Source: a virus (lineage: Duplodnaviria; Caudoviricetes). Taken from it: 64,000 bases of DNA. Below, in pieces: positions 26,751 to 36,808 of this stretch (the stretch's first letter is position 1; every line of letters starts with the position of its first letter). Under the pieces are notes generated by a model. It was not told the DNA's origin. It worked only from the letters and a program-made list of their open reading frames with translations, and searched no databases. The translations under genes and the position numbers were made by a program. The stretch spans positions 160,001-224,000 of IMG/VR virus record IMGVR_UViG_3300042013_000067; one strand, written 5' to 3'.

Positions 26751-29192
26751 CAGTAGACTTATGGTACCGTTGGTATTCAGCTGGTAACGCTTATTACCTT
26801 CGATAGCATTGACGATCCGAGGAGCACCAAAGATGTCGTGGAGTGTAGGCCCGGTTACCGGCGCCCATGCCCCATTGAAGTAGCGGTAAATCCGGTTGTT
26901 CAATACATCCAAAATCACATCACGTCGATATCCGTCACTGAACGCAATGTCTTTGAATGTAGCCCCTGCCTGGGATAACGCACCAAACCCAATAGGGTGC
27001 GCTCCTTTGAACAACGCTAATTCTGGGTAGTCGTTGAGGTTGATAGACATGCTGTATGCCGCGTTATAAACGAGGCTGTTCCACGGGGTTGCTTGGATGG
27101 TGATTAGATCACCACGGCGCATGACCTTTACTCGTTTGTATGCACCGGACCATCCCGCGGTGTCTTCACCAACAACCGCTTTATATTCCTTATAACGTCC
27201 TGTTTGGGCGGCCCAAGTATTCTTAAACTGAAAGTCCGTAGTGATGAGCTGGTTAGGCCATGTCGTGCGCGTGTCATATCCCTTAGCACAACGACAGATA
27301 GCTAGGTCCAGACTATGGTTCTGACCGGTGTCAGGGTCACGAACAAACCCTAGCACCACCGATATCCAATCATCATCACCGGCGGTTGAGGTCAGCGTGA
27401 CTTCAAGGTCATAGTCGAGTACGTTGTAGTCAGAGATGAACCCCACGTAGTTAGGCGTGTTGTTAGGCTGTACAGCAGTGCCTAGGGCTTCGTCCCAGTA
27501 CCAAGCCGCTGCATCACCGGCTGGGGTTACCCCATTAGGGTACCAGTTATCGGCTTCGAAGCGACCCCATTCGTTGAAGATCTGTTGTGGTGTGGGTGGT
27601 ACTAAACGCGATATCGCATCTAGCACGGCCGCACTGGTGTCGTAGGCATAGGCATTCATATCACTGTGGGGAATCAACCCTTTCGTGTAATTACGTACCT
27701 GATACACGTTCTGAGCATGCGACGTCCCGTACACCATCGGATGGAATACCCCAATATCGGATACTACCTTCTCAATGACGCGGTTACGCAACACACCGCT
27801 AGTATAGGGAAAAACGTTACGCACAATCTTAGCCAAGGCATAGAGATCGTAAATGTCGGCTGGGGTGTTACGGGTGATTGAAATCGTTCGACTGTAGGTG
27901 AAGGGCGACGTGATGTCGACCCGCAGTGTGTCACCGGTAATGACCCGCACTGGTTCACCCGCGTACCAGAACGCTTTCGTGCCACCGGCTTCATCGAAGT
28001 AGACTTCACCGACCTTGGTGGTATTGTGGTAGATAGCTCCAGTCAGTGTACCCATACCAGCGGCCACCAACTCTACCGTGGGTTTAGCACGGTAGTTCCA
28101 ACCACAGGCTACGACAGAGACACTGGTCCCACCACTGTCCTTAAACAAGATCGTCTCACCTGTGGCGATATTGTAGACAAAGGTGTAGGTCTCGACCGAC
28201 TCATCCGCTAGCTTGACCAAGAACCGTACTTGGTTAGTCCCTGGGTTGAGTGTGGTGGTGGGCATGGCCCCTGGTGCTATCAACGTAGCTGACTGCACCA
28301 CGACCTTAGACTCGGAAGCGCCTGCCACTATGGACTCAGCATTATCCATGCCATTGTAGAGTGGGTGGTCACCATACGTGGAACGGATGAATCCTACGTT
28401 TACCGGGGACCTGTTGTAGTTCCCGGTAAAGAACGCACCGAAGTTCACGATGATGCGGTTAGCCGTAGCATAGAAACCTTCACCGGCCACGGTGGTAACT
28501 AGGCCGATGTTAGTTTGTACGTTAGTGCCATGGTCGGTGATGAATATAAGACCGTTACCTTGGGCACGGTAGGTGGTGAAATCCGTTACCGAGGCGGGGG
28601 TGATCAGTACATCGTTACCTACGTCATACTGCGTAGACATAAACACCACACCGCAGTACAAGTCAAGTTCTGACAATGCAATGGTGATCTGTGCTCCGTA
28701 GTCGGCGATGTCTTTGAACGTAGGTACGAAACCTGCAATGGTGCAGATGTTAGTTAGACTGGTGAAGAAGCCTTCGGGGTTGGTGTTCTTAACACAATAG
28801 TTCCCTACTGGATCGCTCTTGTCACCAATCACCAATATCTTGTTATTGCCACCGGCCACCTTGGTCGGGTTCGCAATAAACTTCAGGGCGTTGTATAGGT
28901 ACTTAAAGCTACCGGATAGTTCGGCAAAAGTCGCATCGATGGCGGGTGCTTGACTGTTATAGAACTTGGGAAAGCCACCATCATAAACCACACGCCCAGC
29001 CCCATCTTGCGTTATCGCAATGAAAGGGTTGGGTGGGTCGAGCTGATCGTAGGCGATATATTCGGACAGGGCCGGTGGTAACCCATTCACTGTGTAAGCG
29101 ACTTCAACCACAGTAGGGTCAAACGACCAACTGATCGTTTGAGCGCTGGGGTATGCCCCCGGCGCTACGCTTGGAGTGACTTTGTTAACCAT
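26748..29192 (-). CDS. Virion/tail-fibre-like protein with a C-terminal lectin-like beta-sandwich
   Basis: 814 aa, rich in Thr/Gly/Asn/Tyr; YDLEVTLTSTAGDDDWISVVLGF resembles the thrombospondin C-terminal DDDYAGFxFG signature. Confidence 0.6.
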   Translation of the reverse strand: MVNKVTPSVAPGAYPSAQTISWSFDPTVVEVAYTVNGLPPALSEYIAYDQLDPPNPFIAITQDGAGRVVYDGGFPKFYNSQAPAIDATFAELSGSFKYLYNALKFIANPTKVAGGNNKILVIGDKSDPVGNYCVKNTNPEGFFTSLTNICTIAGFVPTFKDIADYGAQITIALSELDLYCGVVFMSTQYDVGNDVLITPASVTDFTTYRAQGNGLIFITDHGTNVQTNIGLVTTVAGEGFYATANRIIVNFGAFFTGNYNRSPVNVGFIRSTYGDHPLYNGMDNAESIVAGASESKVVVQSATLIAPGAMPTTTLNPGTNQVRFLVKLADESVETYTFVYNIATGETILFKDSGGTSVSVVACGWNYRAKPTVELVAAGMGTLTGAIYHNTTKVGEVYFDEAGGTKAFWYAGEPVRVITGDTLRVDITSPFTYSRTISITRNTPADIYDLYALAKIVRNVFPYTSGVLRNRVIEKVVSDIGVFHPMVYGTSHAQNVYQVRNYTKGLIPHSDMNAYAYDTSAAVLDAISRLVPPTPQQIFNEWGRFEADNWYPNGVTPAGDAAAWYWDEALGTAVQPNNTPNYVGFISDYNVLDYDLEVTLTSTAGDDDWISVVLGFVRDPDTGQNHSLDLAICRCAKGYDTRTTWPNQLITTDFQFKNTWAAQTGRYKEYKAVVGEDTAGWSGAYKRVKVMRRGDLITIQATPWNSLVYNAAYSMSINLNDYPELALFKGAHPIGFGALSQAGATFKDIAFSDGYRRDVILDVLNNRIYRYFNGAWAPVTGPTLHDIFGAPRIVNAIEGNKRYQLNTNGTISLL

Positions 29193-29201
29193 GACTCACC
29201 T

Positions 29202-29570
29202 TTAAGGGAGTTTCTTGAATGGGCGATCGATGCGGACCAATACCGTAGCCGGGGTAGCCCGATACAAACGAACACGGACAGCACCGTTGTCTTTAATGCC
29301 GCTGGTCACGGTCGATTCAGGATCGATGAAATAACTATTGGTATCGGAACCCGCTTGGTCATCCAACAGTTTGCATGTAACACGGGCCGACGTCAGATCG
29401 TACAAGGCATGATCCGTCATCAGGGTCGTCAGGTTGTAATCCTTGGTACTGTTGGGACCGATGGTGACTTGTTCGAATACGAGTGGTTTACCACCGGCCT
29501 TAGCGAAGTGCAACAGCTTCTGGACCATGGTGGTGAACTTAGAGACGAACAGTGCGGATTTAGTAGTCAT
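29202..29570 (-). CDS. Putative virion structural protein (122 aa)
   Basis: Co-transcribed 9 nt upstream of the fibre-like gene. Confidence 0.6.
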   Translation of the reverse strand: MTTKSALFVSKFTTMVQKLLHFAKAGGKPLVFEQVTIGPNSTKDYNLTTLMTDHALYDLTSARVTCKLLDDQAGSDTNSYFIDPESTVTSGIKDNGAVRVRLYRATPATVLVRIDRPFKKLP

Positions 29571-29610
29571 TGCTTAACCTCAAAAAGAAAGGGGCCAGTA
29601 GGCCCCGATG

Positions 29611-31797
29611 TTACCAGCCCATGAAGCTGGCGGATTGTACTGGTTCGGTGGGTAGATCACCCTTCATACCGATGTCGAATTTCTTGAAGTGTGAGGATAT
29701 GGCCATGTTAAAGGCCAACACATCGTCGTACTCACCTTGTTGGGCGATCTCCACTTCAAAGTCTTCTACAGACTCAGTGACTGCGAACGGGGACTTGATC
29801 CCCATTATAGCCTCCACTTGCTCCATCGACCAAGCCAAGATCTCCGAAGAACGCGTGGAGATGTTAGGCTTGTCTCCCGTGTCTAAGAACGCTTGGTATA
29901 CAGTGGTCTGGGTGTCAGCACCAATCCGGTGGATCCGGCTGATCGCCTGTTCTTGGATGTAAGCACGGAACGGGGCGTTGATCATGATCATGGTATCAGC
30001 CATAACCAGAGGCACTGCCGTAGACAGCGAGTTGTAGGTCGCGATCAATGGGTTGAGTTTCTCATCCTTCTCGAACTTACCCACAATAGAAGCGAGTTCA
30101 TTGTTGGTCTTACCGTAAACCACGAGAGGACTCATGCCAGCGCTGGTGCATTGTGCCGCGGCAGCGGTCAGTGCTTCAACGAAGCTGGTGAATACCAGAG
30201 TCTTCTTATCGGTGGTGTCGGCAATAGTCTTGAAGTCAAGGTACTTAACCATCTCGACGTGACATTCAATGCGCTTACGACCCAGCACACGACCCAAGCA
30301 CTCACCCTGAATCTTCAGTTTGGTGTACTTGATGATCGACTTGACGTCACGGAAGTCTTTGATCATTTCCTTAGGCAGCGACGGTTCGAAGTAGCGCTTC
30401 TCGTACATGTTGGTGTACGCGATCTCCTCGCCAATGTAACGCGGGTCAGCGGTGGCGATTACCGTCTTCAGGATTTGACGATACTTCTTGTATTCCATCT
30501 TCTGCGCAGCAGCACGCAGTGTGTCTTCATGGAGTACGAGGCAACGTTCCCAAATACGTTCATCATCCTTACGGTGCTTCTTGTAGAACTCGACGCGTTC
30601 CTGAATGAACCCTTCCATCACCTTACGGATAGCATCCAGTGTGTAGAGGTCGCCCGTAGGCATCTTGATCGGTAACCGCTTCATGATCGGCTTGTCGAGC
30701 TTCAGGGCTGACTTCTCGATCTTGTGGGAAATCATCCCCATGCGGTTCTTCAGGATATCAAGACCTTTGTTACCGTCCTTACCGAAGATCTTCTTGAAAC
30801 GTTCTTGTACGCTGTCAGTGAACAACGGATCGAGTACGGTAAGCAGAGGGATGAGCTCAGCACCCATGGCCTTCACGGGCGTACCCGAGGCAGGGATAAT
30901 GTTCTTGCACTGTGTCTTCTTACACAGGTCAATAAACAGCTGGGTCCGTTGGGACTTGATCTCGTTGAGGTTGTGGGATTCATCCAGTACGATGATCATG
31001 TTCTGGCCACTGATGGCATGGCTGTTAACCATGGACATTAGCTTTTCCAGGTACTCGTAATGGCAGATCACGATCCGTTCTTTGTTGTACGGCTTACCGG
31101 ACTCAGAAGTCCAGTAGGTCTGTTCTTTCTTGTACTCTTCCACCACCGTCTTTTGCCAAACGCGTTGTACGGCGTTCTTCGGACAGATGATCAGAATCAA
31201 GTCAGCATCGATACCTTCAGCGACATACAGCGACGCCATGGTCTTACCAGAACCCGCCGCACCGGCTAGCAGATAACCATTGAGACCGTATTGATCGACC
31301 TTAAGGTTATAGTTCTGGAGGAAACCGATTTGGTGTTCCAGTGGTTGTTTGTTGAACCGCTTAAAGTTCTCAAACTTCAAACGACCGACCTGATCGTCGT
31401 TTTCAATGGTGTTCTTCAACCACGTCCGTTCGTACATCATCATGCGGATATTGTTGAGTACCCGCACTGAAACCGCAGCACGTGTCTGAACGAGTTGCTC
31501 TAACATGTAGATAATGTCGAGAGCGAAGAACTTGTCAAAGCTGAAACCATTACGGCCAAACGTATTAAACATGTGCATGGCGATCTTGGATGTCTTCCAC
31601 ACCCGAGCCATGTCACGCTGCATGACATCGGCAGGGATGCCTTCGACCACGATCTCAGTAGCGGTTTCTTTTACGTTGATAGCACCGAAGGCGCGGCGGA
31701 ATCCAGCGAACATTTCGACACTGGGTTGTTCGATTAGGAATGCCGGGTTGAAGTGTAGCTCCCGACCTAGCTGTGGTTCTGAATACGCTGCGTACAT
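29611..31797 (-). CDS. SF2 (SNF2/DExH-like) helicase
   Basis: GAAGSGKT Walker A, DESH Walker B, SGTP motif III, QAISRIHRIG motif VI. Confidence 0.92.
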   Translation of the reverse strand: MYAAYSEPQLGRELHFNPAFLIEQPSVEMFAGFRRAFGAINVKETATEIVVEGIPADVMQRDMARVWKTSKIAMHMFNTFGRNGFSFDKFFALDIIYMLEQLVQTRAAVSVRVLNNIRMMMYERTWLKNTIENDDQVGRLKFENFKRFNKQPLEHQIGFLQNYNLKVDQYGLNGYLLAGAAGSGKTMASLYVAEGIDADLILIICPKNAVQRVWQKTVVEEYKKEQTYWTSESGKPYNKERIVICHYEYLEKLMSMVNSHAISGQNMIIVLDESHNLNEIKSQRTQLFIDLCKKTQCKNIIPASGTPVKAMGAELIPLLTVLDPLFTDSVQERFKKIFGKDGNKGLDILKNRMGMISHKIEKSALKLDKPIMKRLPIKMPTGDLYTLDAIRKVMEGFIQERVEFYKKHRKDDERIWERCLVLHEDTLRAAAQKMEYKKYRQILKTVIATADPRYIGEEIAYTNMYEKRYFEPSLPKEMIKDFRDVKSIIKYTKLKIQGECLGRVLGRKRIECHVEMVKYLDFKTIADTTDKKTLVFTSFVEALTAAAAQCTSAGMSPLVVYGKTNNELASIVGKFEKDEKLNPLIATYNSLSTAVPLVMADTMIMINAPFRAYIQEQAISRIHRIGADTQTTVYQAFLDTGDKPNISTRSSEILAWSMEQVEAIMGIKSPFAVTESVEDFEVEIAQQGEYDDVLAFNMAISSHFKKFDIGMKGDLPTEPVQSASFMGW

Positions 31798-32046
31798 GGC
31801 GCGCCCTATGTTCTAATGTAGTTAGACTATAAAATTAGCTTCTTTTGCCGTGCATGTATTCTATGTACGAGGTTACGACAGTAGCCAGGCAGGAGGTGAT
31901 CCAGATCTCGCGGTTGTTTCCGACCCCCGAGCCGCTAATGACAACGCTGCGAAGCCATCGTCGGGCGGCTCATAGGTTCCTTGTACGCCCCAATAGGGTC
32001 CTCTCCGAAAGGGGAGGGCCTTATTCCGTCTACGGCTTTTAAAGCC

Positions 32047-32054
32047 TATATTAC
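32047..32054 (+). promoter_or_regulatory. Early promoter core TATATTAC
   Basis: Exact phiKZ early consensus at the head of the plus-strand operon. Confidence 0.7.
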
Positions 32055-32118
32055 CTAAGGGAACATCTACTGGTCACACTAAGTCTATATGGGGGTTTGT
32101 TTGCATTGCGGAGGTTTT

Positions 32119-32535
32119 ATGCTTACCACGAACATTATGAACATGCTGCGCTACGAACGTAAGCTCAAGACACCGCCTAGTCCAGCTGGGATGTTTTCTA
32201 TAGGTGCGATCGATCTGGCTAAAGCGGTAGCGTCGGATAAGCCAGTTATCCTCTGGCACACGTCGACTGGTAGCGAGTACATCGGTTACGAGTTGCTGGC
32301 CACAGACACCTTCGGCAGCAACATCGCCATGGGTGTGCCTGGGATGCACCATGACCCGGAACGCAAGATTCACAGCATCTCTGAATTCTTCTTTATCGAG
32401 TACGATGGGTTTATTGTGTCTGCGCCTTCGGTGTGGCCAATGAATGGACTGTATTGGTTGGGTAACGATGTTATCGACCGTTACTTAGTGCATGTGCAAT
32501 TGACCAAGAAGAAGGTACCTAAATGTGCGGAATAG
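32119..32535 (+). CDS. Hypothetical protein
   Basis: GGAGG RBS before ATG 32119. Confidence 0.7.
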   Translation: MLTTNIMNMLRYERKLKTPPSPAGMFSIGAIDLAKAVASDKPVILWHTSTGSEYIGYELLATDTFGSNIAMGVPGMHHDPERKIHSISEFFFIEYDGFIVSAPSVWPMNGLYWLGNDVIDRYLVHVQLTKKKVPKCAE

Positions 32536-33191
32536 ACTTCTTTAATATTGAGGGGCCGTGGGCAGGCATTGGGAGCCGTGAGGCACCGATGTCTGTTCAG
32601 CTCCTTATGGCCCGTTACGCCCGTACAGCGTATGACCTAAAACTGGGTCGGTTGCACAGCGGTGATGCCATCGCTTCAGACTTTGCATTCTGGGTAGGGG
32701 CACGACTGTCCAAGAACTTCTTCGAACTAGGGGCAAAGATCTTCTTGTCGAAGAACGGTTACCAAGGGCGCTGGCATGATGATCAGCTTGGCTTTATCAA
32801 TGCCAAGAGTCTCGACCCCATCAAGTATGAAATCGCGGGTAAGCTGGCTTATGAAGCACGTAAGGGCTTCTACGGACTCGGCACTGGCGGTAAAGAATTA
32901 GTAACACGTAACGCATTCCAGTTGTTAGATGAAGACCTCGAACACGCAGTGTCCAAATGTTTATACTGGGGTATTCCTCAAGGTAAAACCGAGAAAGTTC
33001 GCGGTGGTACCAACGTAGGGTTACAACTAGCAATCCTTTTCGATATTCCTCGGATGAACCTTTTCCATGAAGAGAACCAAAGGCTCCTCGAAGAGTGGCT
33101 GGCGCAAAAAGAAACAACCGAAGCCTACCCTAAACACCTCGACCGAATTATCGATTCCCGTCGTCAAGATCACCCGTGGCCAGGCTTCTGA
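32523..33191 (+). CDS. DprA/SMF-like SLOG-fold protein
   Basis: WAGIGSREAP...LHSGDAIASD...LVTRNAFQLL...VRGGTNVG. Confidence 0.7.
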   Translation: MCGIDFFNIEGPWAGIGSREAPMSVQLLMARYARTAYDLKLGRLHSGDAIASDFAFWVGARLSKNFFELGAKIFLSKNGYQGRWHDDQLGFINAKSLDPIKYEIAGKLAYEARKGFYGLGTGGKELVTRNAFQLLDEDLEHAVSKCLYWGIPQGKTEKVRGGTNVGLQLAILFDIPRMNLFHEENQRLLEEWLAQKETTEAYPKHLDRIIDSRRQDHPWPGF

Positions 33192-33393
33192 AGAAACCGC
33201 CCTGGACATGCTGTTTGTGCGGGACAACCTCGTGATGTCGATCGACACCGAGAAGACATACAGCGCCAATGAAGTCATCGACTACGTGGATCAAGGCATC
33301 GAAGGGGTTCTTCGAGTCGTAGAGAAAGGAGCGGAACCATGGAGCCTAACAATCGACATCTGTCAAGCCTACTTCGACAAAATAAACTCATAA
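33067..33393 (+). CDS. FDxIN-family module (start uncertain: 33067 or 33208)
   Basis: ...LFVRDNL...IEGVLRVVEK...ICQAYFDKINS*. Confidence 0.6.
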   Translation: MKRTKGSSKSGWRKKKQPKPTLNTSTELSIPVVKITRGQASEETALDMLFVRDNLVMSIDTEKTYSANEVIDYVDQGIEGVLRVVEKGAEPWSLTIDICQAYFDKINS

Positions 33394-33839
33394 CCGAGTC
33401 TGTCGTAACACCATTGTGGATTCGTCGAACCGTAGAGGAACGACTGAAGAAAGCATGGCCACAGATCCCGGTCTATGGACTGGAAGAGCTAGCCCACAAG
33501 GCAACCACGCCTCGCTTTGCGGAAGCCGTGCCTGTGGCAGATCGGGCTACGTTATTAGTGTTGATCTTGGGTGGTGAGGTCAACTTCCTAAATGCCTACC
33601 TAGAACGTCTCAGTACACTACACGGCATAAAAGAACTCCACCCTGATAATGGTGACCTGGTTGCCGCGGCCGACATCGCCGGTCGTCTTAGCGACTACAG
33701 TGGTTATAAGGTGCGCATCGTTGGGCTCACCAACTTCGTCCACCTCAATGAAATCGTCGATAGCCACATGCATGCCGGGCGTCTGGTGGGTATAACAGTC
33801 GACATACTTGAGTCTACAACTAACGGGGTATCAACATGA
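33339..33839 (+). CDS. Hypothetical protein, paralog of the next gene
   Basis: AAGGAG RBS; GYKVRIV...GRLVGITVDILE. Confidence 0.7.
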   Translation: MEPNNRHLSSLLRQNKLITESVVTPLWIRRTVEERLKKAWPQIPVYGLEELAHKATTPRFAEAVPVADRATLLVLILGGEVNFLNAYLERLSTLHGIKELHPDNGDLVAAADIAGRLSDYSGYKVRIVGLTNFVHLNEIVDSHMHAGRLVGITVDILESTTNGVST

Positions 33840-34336
33840 ATGATGTTATCCAGCAGCGGATTAAGAAACGTCGGGAAGAACTGGTTAATGAAGTGGCGTC
33901 ATTTCGTGAAGGGTTGGTAATGCCACTGGAGGCTCTGGTGCGTAAAGCAACCAGTGGTTTCCATGTGTTCCAGTACCCGAACCGGACCCGCCCGGCCCTG
34001 ATCTATTTCACGGTAGGTGAAGGGGTACAGGACGCTCTTCGACGGGTATGCGCCGTTATGGTCTCAGCATACAAAATGCAAGGTTTTGTACTGGATACTG
34101 AGGAAGGGTTACGACACGCTACCGTAGCCCTTACGGAGATGGTAAAGCGTATCGGCTATGACCTGCGCATTATCCATCTGCTGGATGCACGTGAGCTGAT
34201 TCGTACCGCGATCGAGTTACATGAAGTCGATGGTGGTCGGGTGGTAGGCATTGCTATTGACGAACTAGAGGACAAACACCATGACGGTAGTAGCAATGCA
34301 GCACACACTGCTGGAAACGATAGCAACGCCAACTGA
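33836..34336 (+). CDS. Hypothetical protein, paralog of the previous gene
   Basis: ATGA overlap; GYDLRII...GRVVGIAIDELE. Confidence 0.7.
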   Translation: MNDVIQQRIKKRREELVNEVASFREGLVMPLEALVRKATSGFHVFQYPNRTRPALIYFTVGEGVQDALRRVCAVMVSAYKMQGFVLDTEEGLRHATVALTEMVKRIGYDLRIIHLLDARELIRTAIELHEVDGGRVVGIAIDELEDKHHDGSSNAAHTAGNDSNAN

Positions 34337-34985
34337 CCTGATGAAAGCAATGCAGGCGGCGAAGCATCCGTACTATCAATCGAGCGATACCAGCGACAGC
34401 TTCAAGGACATCGGTGCGTTTCTCGAAAGCTGGAAAGACTATGATATTGACCTGAACCGGGTGATCCGTTGGGACATCCGTAATGTCGCCGACGATTTCC
34501 CCGATGCAGTAGACATGGAATCTTCGGACATCGACTACTACGGTCCGTGGGGTACACAGTACATCGATATTCATTACGTAGCTCCACGTAAAGGCCATAC
34601 GTTCAGCAATCGTATCCTCAACCTAAAACCAGGTGATATGCCGCGCCTCTACGCGTGGTTGAAGAAGCATTGGGAATACACACAGCTGATGTGGGATCCC
34701 ATCCCTACAACTGTCTACGTACCACCTGAGTCTCCCCGCAGTCGGTTCCTCGACAAGATTAAGTCGATTGTTGACTACCAGACTGTTGCACCAAGTGGTG
34801 ATGTCGGGCATGTCCATGATAAGCTCAGCGCCAAGATCCACACTGTGGCCCACAACATCCTTGAGGTACTCGACCAAGATTACATTTTGCTGGAGAAAGC
34901 GGATGATGATGGACAACCGTTGGATGTCTCTCTGAACATTGCCGGTGAACTGGCCAAGACTTACTTTGACGAGATCAACACATGA
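34281..34985 (+). CDS. Two-domain protein with a C-terminal FDxIN-family module
   Basis: ...AHNILEVLDQDYILL...NIAGELAKTYFDEINT*. Confidence 0.75.
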   Translation: MTVVAMQHTLLETIATPTDLMKAMQAAKHPYYQSSDTSDSFKDIGAFLESWKDYDIDLNRVIRWDIRNVADDFPDAVDMESSDIDYYGPWGTQYIDIHYVAPRKGHTFSNRILNLKPGDMPRLYAWLKKHWEYTQLMWDPIPTTVYVPPESPRSRFLDKIKSIVDYQTVAPSGDVGHVHDKLSAKIHTVAHNILEVLDQDYILLEKADDDGQPLDVSLNIAGELAKTYFDEINT

Positions 34986-35722
34986 GCGAAGCAGGGAAAC
35001 CACGTCGCCGGCTACGACTGCCTAGCCGGCTTGACTATAGTAGACTGGGTGAGATGCTGAAGCGGGAGCATGTTAGCGATGACCTGAAGGGGTTGGCAGC
35101 AACAGCATCGCCCGAAGCTGTGATCATGGTCATCCAGGAACTACACCGTTATGCCACCTACGTGCTGGCCCCACTTCGTCAGCATGACGAGCGGGCGACG
35201 TTCGATGGTTTCGACATGGTAGTGATCTATGTCCGCGCTGTGATTCGGGAACAGTTCGGTGGGGTATTCACACCATCGTTGGAACATGCAAAGTTGCTGG
35301 ACGACATCCAAAGTGATCCGCTGCATTCAACTATCAGCGAGATCTATAGTCTGCGTAACGTCCCGCACCATGACACCACTCGGATCCTGATCATGGTGAC
35401 TCAGATCCTCAAGCATTTAATGGAAACGCGCTCGGCTCTCCATGGGTTGCAGCCCGACTTTCTTCGTTGGATGCAGCACGACGCCATGTTACACACGTAT
35501 GTCGCTGTATGGTTGAATCGAGGCTTTGCTCGACGTGGGCTGACTCAACCCCGCTCTTTGGGTGAGAATGACGAGTGGCTATGGGAGCGACTGCGTGACG
35601 CACAGCGTGACGCTGGTGCTAGCAAGCGTGACTTCTTTAACCATTGGACAGCACCAAGGGAAAACCATCCAATTCCCCACAGCGATCTGTGTCCTGAAAT
35701 CCCTTACAAGGAAAAGCCTTAA
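34982..35722 (+). CDS. Hypothetical protein
   Basis: ATGA overlap; 246 aa. Confidence 0.7.
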   Translation: MSEAGKPRRRLRLPSRLDYSRLGEMLKREHVSDDLKGLAATASPEAVIMVIQELHRYATYVLAPLRQHDERATFDGFDMVVIYVRAVIREQFGGVFTPSLEHAKLLDDIQSDPLHSTISEIYSLRNVPHHDTTRILIMVTQILKHLMETRSALHGLQPDFLRWMQHDAMLHTYVAVWLNRGFARRGLTQPRSLGENDEWLWERLRDAQRDAGASKRDFFNHWTAPRENHPIPHSDLCPEIPYKEKP

Positions 35723-36460
35723 ATGTCAATTATGAACGACGTGTGGATCATCAAACAATCCACACCACCGACCCACATCCGTTTCCACGACGGCCAGCAA
35801 TTAGAGCCATGTTGGGCTGGTTTGAGCCACACCACTGAACAACTGGACGACTGGTGTCGTCGCTTCCACGCCACGGCGGTTACTGACAAGGTCCTCACCG
35901 AGGAACTTGAATGGCGCCCGATGATCGAGCCGTTCGTGCGTGAGTGTGTACGTAAAGTCGAAGACACCAAGGTGATCTCCTACGGTGTATCGAGCTTCGG
36001 TTACGACGTGCGTTTGGCTGCCGAGTTCAAGATCTTCACCAACGCCAATGGTGGTGTGATCGATCCGAAACGTCTGGACGAATCAGCCGTACTGATCGAT
36101 GGTATCGTGCGTATAGACGAATGGGGTGACCGCTATGTGATCCTGCCACCGAACAGCTACCTGCTGGGTCGTACCATGGAATACTTCATTATTCCACGGG
36201 ACATCATGGTGGTGTGTCTGGGCAAGTCGACCTACGCCCGCTCTGGTGCCATCGTTAACGTGACGCCGATCGAAGCTGAGTTCGAAGGTAACGTTGTAAT
36301 TGAAGTGAGTAACAGCACGACTCTCCCCATGAAGGTTTATGTAGGTGAGGGTATTTCGCAATTCCTCTTCTTTAAAGGTAACGAACCCTGCATGGTCTCC
36401 TACAAAGACCGTGGTGGCAAGTACCAAGGGCAAACCGGTATCACTAACGCCAAGGTGTGA
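35723..36460 (+). CDS. dcd: dCTP deaminase with a ~50-aa N-terminal insertion
   Basis: MIEPF...[14 protein letters not shown]...GKSTYARSG...[11 protein letters not shown]...[16 protein letters not shown]. Confidence 0.95.
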   Translation: MSIMNDVWIIKQSTPPTHIRFHDGQQLEPCWAGLSHTTEQLDDWCRRFHATAVTDKVLTEELEWRPMIEPFVRECVRKVEDTKVISYGVSSFGYDVRLAAEFKIFTNANGGVIDPKRLDESAVLIDGIVRIDEWGDRYVILPPNSYLLGRTMEYFIIPRDIMVVCLGKSTYARSGAIVNVTPIEAEFEGNVVIEVSNSTTLPMKVYVGEGISQFLFFKGNEPCMVSYKDRGGKYQGQTGITNAKV

Positions 36461-36461
36461 T

Positions 36462-36800
36462 ATGCCAAAACCGCTTGTGATGCGAGATCTTAATGAGATT
36501 GCTGACTACCTACTTGCTAATCACCACAAGTGTGCTCGCAGTCTGTTCGCTGTAATACGGCAGCGTATTGGGCAGGTTGAAGCACAGGTGGGTATAGGCT
36601 CTAAGTTTCAGTTCTTGCTTTCGGATGTGCAGCCTGGTTGTTTAGATCTGGACATAACCGACGATGTTCTATTCTTCCAAGCGTTCACGCTAGACCCGAC
36701 CAACGATCAGGTTATCGTTAAGACCAACACCCTGTATACACTCCATCGTGTCACAGGGCAACTGGTTGATTACACTGACAAACTAATGACTCTACATTAA
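36462..36800 (+). CDS. Hypothetical protein
   Basis: AAGGTG RBS; ATG 1 nt after the dcd stop. Confidence 0.65.
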   Translation: MPKPLVMRDLNEIADYLLANHHKCARSLFAVIRQRIGQVEAQVGIGSKFQFLLSDVQPGCLDLDITDDVLFFQAFTLDPTNDQVIVKTNTLYTLHRVTGQLVDYTDKLMTLH

Positions 36801-36808
36801 GGACGCCC

